This document shows, piece by piece, positions 8,717-18,294 of a DNA stretch of 64,000 bases (its first letter is position 1; every line of letters starts with the position of its first letter). This DNA is from an uncultured Gemmatimonadales bacterium (lineage in GTDB: Bacteria; Gemmatimonadota; Gemmatimonadetes; Gemmatimonadales; GWC2-71-9). The stretch spans positions 832,001 through 896,000 of the forward strand of contig CAVYSW010000003.1 of the NCBI GenBank assembly GCA_963771275.1. The letters run 5' to 3'. The notes beneath the pieces were generated by a model, which ran no database searches, was not told the DNA's origin, and worked only from the letters and a program-made list of their open reading frames with translations. The position numbers were made by a program, and so were the translations under genes.

Positions 8717-11166
8717 TCCAGATCGAGTCGGTCCGTATACGGGAGCTGCGGGGAATCCGGGATCTGGAGATCGCGCCGAACCGGAAGAACTTCCTCGTCT
8801 CGGGGCCGAACGGTTCCGGCAAGAGCGGTGTCGTCGACGCGATTCAGTTCGCCCTGACGGGCGAGATGGCGCGCCTTAGCGGCAAGGGCACCGGCGGGCT
8901 GAGCGTGCAGCGTCACGGGCCGCATGTTGAGCGCAGGGACGACCCGGCCGCCGCGCAAGTGTCACTGCGCTTCTACGTGCCGGAAAAGAACAAGTCCGCT
9001 GTGCTGACCCGAAGCGTCAAGACGGCAAAGACCTTTGGGCTGGAGCCCGACGATCCGGAAATCAGAGCGATAATTGAAGAGGTCGCGCAGCACCCGGCAG
9101 TTACCCTGTCGCGGCGCGAGATCATCAAGTACATCCTTGTCGAAGCCGGGCAACGGTCCAAGGAGATTCAGGCGCTCCTGAAGCTCGAAGAGATCGGCGA
9201 GACGCGGGGTGTGCTGAAGACCGTCAGCAACAAGCTATCCATTGCCTCCAAAGCGGCGCAGCGCGATGTGGAAAGCGCGGATGACGCGTTCCGGCGTCTT
9301 CTGGACGTGAGGGCCCTTTCGAAAGAAGACATCCTCGCGGCTGTCAACGCGAAGCGCAGGACGCTTGGTCTGACCGAGATAGCTGACCTTGCCGCCGACA
9401 CGAACTTGAGCGCGGGTGTCCTGGAAGGCACCGCACAAGCGGGCTTTCACAAGGAGTCCGTGCTTCGGGATGCGGAAGCTCTCCGCACAGTGGTGGCTGG
9501 TTTGCCCACGCTGGGCAAGAAGGAGGCCGAGAGCGTAGTTCGTGATCTGACCGCGCTGGAAGGCGACCCGGCACTGTTTGAAGCGATTACGCGCCGTGCC
9601 TTTGTCGCGCGCGGCCTCGCGCTTGTCGGGGATGCGCACTGTCCGCTGTGCGACAAGGATTGGGAAAACGAGGACGCCTTGAGGGCGCATCTGCAAGAGA
9701 AGCTTGCCCGGGCGGATAGGGCCGAGGCGGTGCAAGAGCGGCTGCTGGGAAACGGTGCTGCGATAGCCGGCCAGGCACGCCGGGTTGCCGGACTGGCCGA
9801 GGCGGTCGAGCTGGTAGCGAAGACGGACGGCCCGGATGGGTTGTACCAAGATCTCGGAGACTGGTCGGCGGCGTTGCGCGCCTTTGCATCGGAGCTGGAC
9901 TCGGTCGAGAAGATCCGCGGGCACCGCAAGCGGCTTGAAAACGGCTGGACTGCAGCGCCTACATCCTTGAACGAGCGCTTGGATGCGCTGAAGACGGCCG
10001 TTCAGGCCAAACCAGACCAGAGCGCAATGGTTGCCGCCCAGACTTTCCTGACGCGGGCGCAGGACCGGCTTACGGCATGTCAAAGCGCGCGGCGCCAGGC
10101 GAAACGCGCCGCGGCGGCGGTCGAAGCTGGGAGGGCCGTCTACAACACGTATTGCGAGGTAGCGGACGCGTATCTGAGCGCCCTGTACGAAGCGGTGGAA
10201 AACGATTTCGGCTCGTACTACCGCGACATCAACCCGGACGATGAAGGCGGCTTCAAAGCGAAACTCGCACCGGCGGAGAGCGGGCTTGATCTTGAGGTGG
10301 CGTTCTACGACAAGGGCATGTTCCCGCCTGGCGCGTATCACAGCGAGGGACACCAAGATGGCATGGGGGTGTGTCTATACCTCGCGCTGATGCAACGCTT
10401 GCTCGGCACTCGCTTCGGGTTCGCGGTTCTCGATGACGTGGTGATGTCGGTTGATCAGGGGCACCGGAAGGAGTTCTGCAGGTTGCTGAAGACGCGCTTT
10501 CCCGACACACAATTCATCATCACCACGCACGACAAGGTGTGGGCGAAGCAAATGCAGACCGAGGGACTTGTTGAGGCAAAGGCCGGTGTCGTCTTCCACA
10601 GCTGGAGCGTCCAGACTGGTCCGATCGTAGAACAGGCTGCCGGCGTTTGGGAGCAGATTGAAGCCGATGTCGCGAAGGGCGAGTTGGATGTTGCGGCGGG
10701 TCGGTTGCGCCGCCACATGGAATACATTGCCTGGGACCTCGCCGATCAGCTCGTGGCAAGGCCTCCTTTCCGCGGAGACCTCGGCTACGAGCTCGGCGAC
10801 CTGCTGCCAGCCGTTATCGGGCGGTACGGGGAGCTCCTGGGGCGGGCCGCCAGGGCGGCGAACGCGTGGAGCAACGACGACGAAAAGGCGAAGGTGGAGG
10901 CCCTGAAGACAGCGTGGTCGGAAGCTCTCGCCAGGCACGGCGGCGAGGCGTGGGTCGTCAACAAGGCCGTCCACTGCAATGCGTGGGCGGATTTCACCAA
11001 AGGGGAATTCCGGCAGGTAATCGAAGCGTTCAAGGGCCTGCTCGCACAGCTTTCCTGCTCGAAGCCAGCCTGCGAGTCATGGTGTTACGTGACGCCGCGG
11101 AAGGCCGATCCGGAGTCGCTGCGTTGCCGTTGTGGAGCGGTGAATGTCAATCTCAGAGCGAAGTAG
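8713..11166 (+). CDS. Rad50/SMC-like ABC ATPase with zinc hook and RloC-like (HEPN-like) C-terminus
   Basis: Walker A GPNGSGKS, CPLC hook, HSEGH signature, VLDD Walker B, TTHD; tail with RLRRHME, NKAVH and CxxxxC...CxCG. Confidence 0.8.
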   Translation: MIQIESVRIRELRGIRDLEIAPNRKNFLVSGPNGSGKSGVVDAIQFALTGEMARLSGKGTGGLSVQRHGPHVERRDDPAAAQVSLRFYVPEKNKSAVLTRSVKTAKTFGLEPDDPEIRAIIEEVAQHPAVTLSRREIIKYILVEAGQRSKEIQALLKLEEIGETRGVLKTVSNKLSIASKAAQRDVESADDAFRRLLDVRALSKEDILAAVNAKRRTLGLTEIADLAADTNLSAGVLEGTAQAGFHKESVLRDAEALRTVVAGLPTLGKKEAESVVRDLTALEGDPALFEAITRRAFVARGLALVGDAHCPLCDKDWENEDALRAHLQEKLARADRAEAVQERLLGNGAAIAGQARRVAGLAEAVELVAKTDGPDGLYQDLGDWSAALRAFASELDSVEKIRGHRKRLENGWTAAPTSLNERLDALKTAVQAKPDQSAMVAAQTFLTRAQDRLTACQSARRQAKRAAAAVEAGRAVYNTYCEVADAYLSALYEAVENDFGSYYRDINPDDEGGFKAKLAPAESGLDLEVAFYDKGMFPPGAYHSEGHQDGMGVCLYLALMQRLLGTRFGFAVLDDVVMSVDQGHRKEFCRLLKTRFPDTQFIITTHDKVWAKQMQTEGLVEAKAGVVFHSWSVQTGPIVEQAAGVWEQIEADVAKGELDVAAGRLRRHMEYIAWDLADQLVARPPFRGDLGYELGDLLPAVIGRYGELLGRAARAANAWSNDDEKAKVEALKTAWSEALARHGGEAWVVNKAVHCNAWADFTKGEFRQVIEAFKGLLAQLSCSKPACESWCYVTPRKADPESLRCRCGAVNVNLRAK

Positions 11167-11230
11167 AGGTGCTGCTGCGCCATCAGCGACTGGCCTCATG
11201 TCGATTGGATGAGTCGTGGAAATCACCGCA

Positions 11231-11360
11231 GTCTAACCCGGCCGCAAAGTTGACGAGCCGGATGGATGACTGAGATGATTGAGCGCACGGACAGATCAGG
11301 CACGCTCCGCCCTCCGTATGCCAGGCGAGGAAAGGCCCGCAACTTACGGCCTCGGCAGGC
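11231..11360 (+). repeat. Degenerate attC site
   Basis: GTCTAAC-CCGGCCGCAAAGTTG pairs with CAACTTACGGCC; R' reads GGCAGGC instead of GTTAGGC. Confidence 0.6.
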
Positions 11361-11423
11361 CGTATTGACGTCCCCAATGCTTGCGCCCTTCTCGTCGACC
11401 CCTTTGCTAGATCCGGCATCCTG

Positions 11424-13706
11424 ATGATCAGCTTCTTCAAGCGCCTGCTCGGCCTCGGTGAGGACGCGCCACGCGCGGCCGCGCCGTCGACGTCGTCGAA
11501 CGTGCGGCCTGCCCAGTCGTCGCCGCGGGTCCAGGACACTGGCCGGCGGGGCACCCAGGAGGAAGCGGGTGGTGAAGTGGTGAACCGATACTTCGAGCTC
11601 TCCGCTGAGATCGAGATGGGGAAGCGCGACCGAGATTATGCTCGCGCCGTCCGCGCCGCCCGGGCAACGTACTCGATCCTCCCAGCAGTCGTTCGGCAGT
11701 GGAAGCGCGAGTACGGCCGGTTTGACATCAACACGTCACACGCCGTCCATACGGCGCCCAAACTCATGGCCGTGATGGAGGACCGAGATGGTATCCGAGA
11801 GCTCCGCGCCGTGCTTGAGTCGGTGGAGGAGCTTCGTGACTGGCTGCCGTCCGCCGCGGAGGCGGAGGCCAACGTCGAGGTCGTGCCCCATATCGTGGCG
11901 CTCGTGGAGGCCGAGCCTGGGATCCTTCAGTCGTCCCTCAAGTCACGGCTCCCTGGAGCCGGCAACGCCGAGGCCGAGGCCGGATCCGCGATCTCGAACC
12001 TCGCCGCTTGGCTGGAGAAGGCCGGGCGCATTCAGCGAGTGAAGAGGGGCTTGAGCTACCGGCTCTATCCGGCCGGCTACCGCATCTCGACGGCGGCGGA
12101 ATCATCATCACCAACTTCTTCTTCGTCGAGGAGCGCCTCCTCGACTTGGCCATCATCAGCGTCCTCTTCCTCATCCTCTTCCCTCCTCGCCTCGGCTCGC
12201 CCGCCGCGCGCCCGGAACCGGCGCCCGGCGGCGAAGGCGCGCCTGCTCGATCTCGACTGGCTGCCCGTCGTGCGGCTCCCTCGGGCGCCGTTGCGGTGGG
12301 AGGAACGGGATCAACGTGAGACGGACGCCCAGAGCAGCGCAGCCAAGAAGACCAAGGCGTCCCGGAGCGGGAGATTCGAGGTGCGGGGCGAGGGTTGGGC
12401 GCTGGCTTCCGAGGAAAAGCTCGCCCCGGCCGACCGACCCGACCCCGCGTATAGGGACGTCTTCCCAACGGGCCGCTACACCCACTGGCTCGACCCGAGG
12501 GGAAGGCGGGAGGGCTTCGAATACGCCGCCTCCGTCTTGCGCGTGACGGACCGCGAGGGCCAGGTGGTGGCAGAGCGGGGCCTCGCGCACGACGTCTATC
12601 GGTCGGACGTCAACGCCGACGGGACCGGGATTCTCTTCCTCTCGCGCGAGGGGATGCTGCACGGCTACACCGAGGCGCTCGCGCCCTTCATCGAGGAGTC
12701 GCTGGCAGACCTCCCCGAGTACCGCGCCCAGGCCGACCGGTTCGGCATCGGCCCGCACGAGCTCAAGAACCACTCGCGGACCGTCGCCATCTCCTCCGAC
12801 CGGAGCCGCTACCTCGTCACCGTGGTGGACGAGGCGTGGTGTCTCGACACCGCGACCGGTCAAGTGGTGTGGGGCTTCCGGATGCCGTCCAAGGAAGGGT
12901 GGACCCGGGTCGTCGCCGACCGCTCGGAGCGCACGGGAACGAGCGCCGAGGTCGAGGCGGCGCTCCAGTTGATGCAGCTCGAGCTCCCGGTCACCCCCGA
13001 CAACATCACAAAGCAGTACCGGGTGCTCGCGATGCGGTTGCACCCTGACCGGAACCCGGGCGACCCGAAGGCGACCGCCCGGTTCCAGGAGCTGGGCGCC
13101 GCGATGGAGCTGCTGACGGGGTCCGATCTCTCCGGTCTCTCCGGCCGCGAGGTCGAGCGGGTGACGTACGAGCAGGTGCTCTCCACCTCCCGCGTCTCCG
13201 TGCCGGACGGACGCGGCGGGGCGGCTGACATGGAGTTCACCATTAGCATGGGCGTGAGCGAGAGCTTCGCCTCGGATTGGATCTACGCCGCCAACCTCGG
13301 GAAGGACGGTCGAGGGTTTCTCGCCGGGTACTCCGGCAAGGTGGTCGTAGTCTCCACCCGAGGGATCCCGGAGCGCGTCTACGACATCGGTTCGGTGCCG
13401 CGGCACATCGCCGACGCCGGGGAGCACCTCTATATCCTGACGGACACTCGGCTCTATGTCCTGGCCGGCGACCGCCTCGAGGCACTCGTCGACGTGTACG
13501 GGGCGAGCGACGTCGTGGTCGGCGACCGCGGCTTCGCGCTGCTCGAGTCGAAGGCGGTGACGTGGTACAACCCGGACGGCCGGCGCGTGGGCTCTGTTGA
13601 GACCAAGGATCCGCTCCGTCGCGTCCTTTCGACGAGCGGCGGGCTCGTAGTCGAGACACGACAGCACCGCGCGCGTGTCATTGGCGCGCCATCGTGGTGG
13701 GCGTGA
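11424..13706 (+). CDS. Large J-domain (DnaJ-like) protein with beta-propeller-like regions
   Basis: ITKQYRVLAMRLHPDRNPGDPKATARFQELGAAMELL (HPD); Ser-rich linker; beta-rich repeats on both sides. Confidence 0.8.
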   Translation: MISFFKRLLGLGEDAPRAAAPSTSSNVRPAQSSPRVQDTGRRGTQEEAGGEVVNRYFELSAEIEMGKRDRDYARAVRAARATYSILPAVVRQWKREYGRFDINTSHAVHTAPKLMAVMEDRDGIRELRAVLESVEELRDWLPSAAEAEANVEVVPHIVALVEAEPGILQSSLKSRLPGAGNAEAEAGSAISNLAAWLEKAGRIQRVKRGLSYRLYPAGYRISTAAESSSPTSSSSRSASSTWPSSASSSSSSSLLASARPPRARNRRPAAKARLLDLDWLPVVRLPRAPLRWEERDQRETDAQSSAAKKTKASRSGRFEVRGEGWALASEEKLAPADRPDPAYRDVFPTGRYTHWLDPRGRREGFEYAASVLRVTDREGQVVAERGLAHDVYRSDVNADGTGILFLSREGMLHGYTEALAPFIEESLADLPEYRAQADRFGIGPHELKNHSRTVAISSDRSRYLVTVVDEAWCLDTATGQVVWGFRMPSKEGWTRVVADRSERTGTSAEVEAALQLMQLELPVTPDNITKQYRVLAMRLHPDRNPGDPKATARFQELGAAMELLTGSDLSGLSGREVERVTYEQVLSTSRVSVPDGRGGAADMEFTISMGVSESFASDWIYAANLGKDGRGFLAGYSGKVVVVSTRGIPERVYDIGSVPRHIADAGEHLYILTDTRLYVLAGDRLEALVDVYGASDVVVGDRGFALLESKAVTWYNPDGRRVGSVETKDPLRRVLSTSGGLVVETRQHRARVIGAPSWWA

Positions 13707-13887
13707 CGCGCTTGGGATGTGTCCGGCTCCAAAGGAGCACACCAGTAGGTGTGTCGGATGCGTCCCGCCTGCACCAGGCCTCGCTCTTGGAGTTGCTGAC
13801 CATCGTAGGGTGGGTTGCGGACACTGCGGCACGGTCCTACCAACAGCCACGGCAGGTGTGCCGAGCCGCGGGAGTACCTAACGCGCG

Positions 13888-14029
13888 GTCTAACAAGCGG
13901 TTGGACGCTGCCGGGCGCTCGATAGGCCGAGCGCCCGCGCTACGACTGGCGCCCTCGCGGCCGATAAGGAATCATGTGTTTGTGTGGTGTAGGCGACACG
14001 CCGGCAGCTTAAGCGCAAGTCCGTTAGGC
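13888..14029 (+). repeat. attC site
   Basis: R'' GTCTAAC 13888-13894; ...CCGGCAGCTTAAGCGCAAGTCC-GTTAGGC 14023-14029. Confidence 0.88.
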
Positions 14030-14053
14030 GCATTCGCCGCCCGCCCCTGCTAA

Positions 14054-14579
<526 letters not shown>

Positions 14580-14682
14580 CCCGACCATATGAAAGCGCGG
14601 AGCTGCCCTCGGGCGGCTCCTAGGAGTTCCGGAGCAATGCCGCGAGGGCCACGTTCCCGTGGTCTCGCATAGGAGGCTCCGC

Positions 14683-15741
14683 ATGCGCTGGGTCGGGCTG
14701 GATCTTCACAAGCGGTACATCACGGCGTGCGCGCTCAACGATGCCGGCCAGATCGTTGGCGAACATCGGCGACTGCCGCCGGACATGGACGCGCTCGTCG
14801 CATGGATCGCGGCCCTGGGCGACGCCGTGACCGTGGCGATGGAAGCGACGCTGTATTGGGCGTGGCTCCACGAGCGGTTGAGCGCCGCAGGGATCGCGGC
14901 CGTGGCCGCGCATCCCTACCAGGTGAAGCTCATCTGGCAGGCGCGTTGCAAGACCGACCCCATCGATGCGCGCAAACTCGCCGAGTTACTCCGCACCAAC
15001 CTGCTGCCCGTGATCTGGGTGCCGGATGCCACGGTCCGGGCGCGCCGGCACCTGCTGCGGGGCCGAGCCTACTTGGTGCGGGTGCGCACGCAGCTGAAGA
15101 ATCGCATTCACGGGCATCTCACGACCGAGAACTGTCGGACCACCGTGACGGATCTCTACGGGCGCGCGGGGCGGGCGTGGCTCGCGACCGTGGCCCTCTC
15201 CCCGGCGGGGCGCGTCCAGGTGGATCTGCTGCTCGAGTTGGTGGATGCCCTCGACGTCCGGATTCACAGTCTCGACGATCGGGTGAAGCGCCTGGTGCAG
15301 GGCGATCCCGTGGCGCAGCGGCTGCAGACCTGGCCGGGCATCGGGACCTTCGGGGCAGCGCTCCTACTCGCCGAGATCGGGACGATTCACCGGTTCCACT
15401 CGGCGCACGAGCTGGCGGCCTATGCGGGACTCACGCCGAGCACACAGAGCTCCGGGGACAAGACGCGGCACGGCTCGGTGGGGCGGGCGGGGAGCCCCTG
15501 GCTCAAGTGGATCCTGATCGAGATCGTGCAGCGCCTGAAGCTGGCGCCGGGGCCGGTGGGGCAGCAGTATCAGAAGCTGCTGCGCTCCAAAGGCAAGGCG
15601 AAGGCCACGGTGGCGGCGGCACGGAAGCTGTGCTGCGATCTCTATTGGTGTCTCAGGGAGGCGTGGAGCTACGACGCGTGGCTCCGGCAGCATGAAAAGC
15701 TGGAGGTGCGCCCGAGGCAAACGCTGGGCTCGGCGGCGTAG
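14683..15741 (+). CDS. IS110/IS1111-family recombinase
   Basis: VGLDLHK, AMEAT, KTDPIDA, WPGIG, YAGLTPSTQSSG, VAAARKL; AGGAGG RBS. Confidence 0.95.
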   Translation: MRWVGLDLHKRYITACALNDAGQIVGEHRRLPPDMDALVAWIAALGDAVTVAMEATLYWAWLHERLSAAGIAAVAAHPYQVKLIWQARCKTDPIDARKLAELLRTNLLPVIWVPDATVRARRHLLRGRAYLVRVRTQLKNRIHGHLTTENCRTTVTDLYGRAGRAWLATVALSPAGRVQVDLLLELVDALDVRIHSLDDRVKRLVQGDPVAQRLQTWPGIGTFGAALLLAEIGTIHRFHSAHELAAYAGLTPSTQSSGDKTRHGSVGRAGSPWLKWILIEIVQRLKLAPGPVGQQYQKLLRSKGKAKATVAAARKLCCDLYWCLREAWSYDAWLRQHEKLEVRPRQTLGSAA

Positions 15742-15920
15742 GGCAGCCGTCCCCCCGGTAACCCGAATGGGCCACCTCCTTCGAACGAATGCTCCTGGAC
15801 CGCCGCGTCCGCAGAGGCGCGTGAAGCCAGCTTCGAGCTGCGCTCGACGGTGAAGGAGCTGTGGCGATTCGTGGGGCGCAGGACGCGGCCGCCCCGGCGG
15901 TCATGGGGAAGGTACGTCGG
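15742..15920 (+). ncRNA. Putative seek/bridge RNA in the IS1111 right end
   Basis: TAACCCG (15759-15765) matches the target and CAGAGGCG (15812-15819) matches the donor end; CTCCTTC/GAAGGAG stem. Confidence 0.65.
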
Positions 15921-16087
15921 TTTGACAACCGCGCTTTCAGAGGCGCGCTTGAAGCTGACCGGCGCGCCGCCGGGCGGTAGATATGAGGGGCTGGTGGGCT
16001 CCAGGAGCAGATCATTGACCAGACGTCTCGCCTGGTGCACGTTCGCGCCGGCAGCTTAAGCGCAGAGTCGTTAGACCGCGTCACCCT

Positions 16088-17293
16088 ATGTCCCACGCTC
16101 CGATGCCACCTTGGGTCTCCCCAGTCATCACGCTCCCGCTCGCGCTCGCGATCGCCTGCGGAACAGAGCTGTCACCCACGGTCAAGCGCTCGACGGCCGT
16201 CCAAGATTCGAGCGGAGTGCAGGTTGTCACTCACCAACTTGACTTCTATCGGCCCATTCGGCGCCTTGATGGCGACGTTCTGGAGATCGGTTCGGAGGTC
16301 GCGAACGATCCCAACTACGAGTTCTTTCACATAACGGACGTCGAGCTATTACAGGACGCGATGGTCATAAGCCAGGGTAACGGCGAGATTCGGGTCTTCA
16401 CCCCGGAAGGCAGGTTTCGGCAGCAGATCGGTCACCTAGGCGCCGGCCCCGGGGAGTTTAGATCGGTCGACTGGATGGCGGCGGTTGGAGACACTCTCGT
16501 GGTGTCTGACCCAGTCCAACATCGTGTATCTCTCTTCACGACCGCAGGTCAATTCTTGGAAAGCTGGATGCTGAACACCGTCCCACTCAAGCCCAATTAC
16601 GGGGCGGCGTGGGCTGTCGGTGCCATGGGCACCGGGCGCTTGCTGTTGAGAACCCGGGAATGGGGCGGGCACGATGTCGGCACGACGATCCGTAGGACTA
16701 CCAACGCCATTCTCTGGTCGCCTCGCTTCCGGACGACGCTCGCGGTCGGAGCGTTCCCTGGAAACGAGGTCCTCGCCCAAAGCATGGGGCTCCCACCGTT
16801 TCGGCGCACTCTGCTCCTGGGCGTCCTGGGTGCCAGTCGTACCATCGCAGTGGATACGGAGCATCCTGAGGTGCGTGTCTTCGTCGGTGACCGGCTCCTG
16901 CAGATCATCAGACTGAGCGGCAATCAAAGCCGGGACGTGAACAAGGCCACCGTCGACGACCTCGTTGCGGACCAGATGACATTCATACCGGATCGCGAGA
17001 CTCAACGACGAGTCGCGGCAAACACGCGCGGGTCTGTGACGCACACCTCTACACCCGCGCTCGGAGACCTTGTCGTAGGGACGGACTCGAGCATTTGGAT
17101 TTCTAGCTACGCTGTTGCCTCGCGTGGTCCCTTCTTTTGGATTGTCATGGACCGTGACGGTGCGATGGAAACCACCGTGGAAGTCCCAGAGTACCATGTT
17201 GTGGCCGCGGTGAACGACCGGTTCGTTGCCACGATTCACCGATCTCACGACACCGATGTGGAGACTGTGCGCCTCTTCACTCGGAGGGACTGA
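16088..17293 (+). CDS. Cassette protein: 6-bladed beta-propeller lipoprotein
   Basis: LALAIAC lipobox, DSSGVQVV, GHLGAGPGEF. Confidence 0.8.
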   Translation: MSHAPMPPWVSPVITLPLALAIACGTELSPTVKRSTAVQDSSGVQVVTHQLDFYRPIRRLDGDVLEIGSEVANDPNYEFFHITDVELLQDAMVISQGNGEIRVFTPEGRFRQQIGHLGAGPGEFRSVDWMAAVGDTLVVSDPVQHRVSLFTTAGQFLESWMLNTVPLKPNYGAAWAVGAMGTGRLLLRTREWGGHDVGTTIRRTTNAILWSPRFRTTLAVGAFPGNEVLAQSMGLPPFRRTLLLGVLGASRTIAVDTEHPEVRVFVGDRLLQIIRLSGNQSRDVNKATVDDLVADQMTFIPDRETQRRVAANTRGSVTHTSTPALGDLVVGTDSSIWISSYAVASRGPFFWIVMDRDGAMETTVEVPEYHVVAAVNDRFVATIHRSHDTDVETVRLFTRRD

Positions 17294-17309
17294 GCATTTT
17301 CTGGACGCG

Positions 17310-17451
17310 GTCTAACCGGCGCGCTTGAAGCTGACCGGCGCGCCGCCGGGCGTAGCGATGAGCGCATGGCACTTTCCCGGACCAGGTCATTGACCAGACG
17401 AATTGGCTGGTGCACTTTCGCGCCGGCAGCTTAAGCGCAGAGTCGTTAGAC
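17310..17451 (+). repeat. attC site (subfamily A; 2 extra nt after R'')
   Basis: GTCTAAC 17310-17316 ... GTTAGAC 17445-17451. Confidence 0.9.
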
Positions 17452-17778
17452 GGCCACAGCCACCCTCTTGCGTTCGATGGCCTTCGCGATGTCCCGCGGC
17501 TTGGCTCCGAGGGACAAGAGCGAGCGCAACAGCAGGTCCAGCGACACCGACGGGTCCCCAGCTTCCATCTTCGCGACGCGGGACTGGCTCGAACCCAGCT
17601 GCTTTGCCAATGCAACCTGTGTGAGGCGCGCCGCCCGCCGCCGCGCCCGCAATGACTCGCTCAGGGCCACCCGAAGCTCCACCAGAGCAGCCTCCTCCGC
17701 GTTCAGGCCGAGGAACTCCGTGGCCGAGCCAACGCGCCACCCCTTCGCTTCAAGGCGCTTCCGCTTCGTCTGCTTCAT
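17446..17778 (-). CDS. XRE/HigA-type HTH antitoxin
   Basis: LTQVALAKQLGSSQSRVAKMEAGDPSVSLDLL. Confidence 0.85.
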   Translation of the reverse strand: MKQTKRKRLEAKGWRVGSATEFLGLNAEEAALVELRVALSESLRARRRAARLTQVALAKQLGSSQSRVAKMEAGDPSVSLDLLLRSLLSLGAKPRDIAKAIERKRVAVAV

Positions 17779-18128
17779 ACTCCCTCCTCGCTCTCGGCAG
17801 CGCGATCGTAGGCCCGGAGCCGCCGCCGACAGACGTCGATCACGTGGCGCGGCGTCAGCGCCGTCTTCTTGCTGAACACGTCCGCGATCACGATCGCGTC
17901 CCGGTCCACCCGATAGACCAGACGCCACGTGGTGTCCGCATCGCGCACGCGCAGTTCATGGCAATGGGGCCCAATCGCCGGCATCGGCCGCGACTGCGGC
18001 AGCGTCAACATGTGACCCCCCTGCACTTGCCGGAGTAACACGCCCGCCTCGACGCGAGCCGCTGCCGAGAATGGCGGGGTCTTGACCTCCCCATGGAGCC
18101 AGACCAGCGGCTTGTCGCCCAAGGCCAT
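17775..18128 (-). CDS. RelE/HigB (Gp49-like) toxin
   Basis: KPLVWLHGEVKTPPFS...CHELRV...WRLVYR...FSKKT. Confidence 0.85.
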   Translation of the reverse strand: MALGDKPLVWLHGEVKTPPFSAAARVEAGVLLRQVQGGHMLTLPQSRPMPAIGPHCHELRVRDADTTWRLVYRVDRDAIVIADVFSKKTALTPRHVIDVCRRRLRAYDRAAESEEGV

Positions 18129-18135
18129 GAGGAAG

Positions 18136-18157
18136 TATATGTCATATGCGACATATA
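18136..18157. promoter_or_regulatory. Palindromic operator upstream of the TA operon
   Basis: TATATGTC-N6-GACATATA perfect inverted repeat just before the toxin ATG. Confidence 0.65.
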
Positions 18158-18294
18158 GGCAAGTGGCCGTCTCTAACCGGCGCTTGAAGCTGCCCGGCGC
18201 CTGCGCCGGGCCTAGGATTGAGCGCCTGGGACTCTCCGGGACCAGGTCATTGACCAGACGCGCCTCGCCTGGTGCACTCTCGCGCCGGCAGCTT

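Larger units (their letters stand above)
14582..15945 (+). mobile_element. IS1111-group insertion sequence with CG core
   Basis: Subterminal inverted repeats TGAAAGCGCGG 14590-14600 and CCGCGCTTTCA 15929-15939; long right non-coding end; TTGACA at 15922. Confidence 0.9.

Noticed and set aside
12100..12185. TCN-rich low-complexity stretch
   Set aside because: Encodes the Ser-rich linker of the J-domain protein, not an independent repeat
13675..13881. Small ORF with CGHC motif before the attC
   Set aside because: Overlaps the J-domain gene and lacks an RBS; at most a remnant of a lost cassette gene
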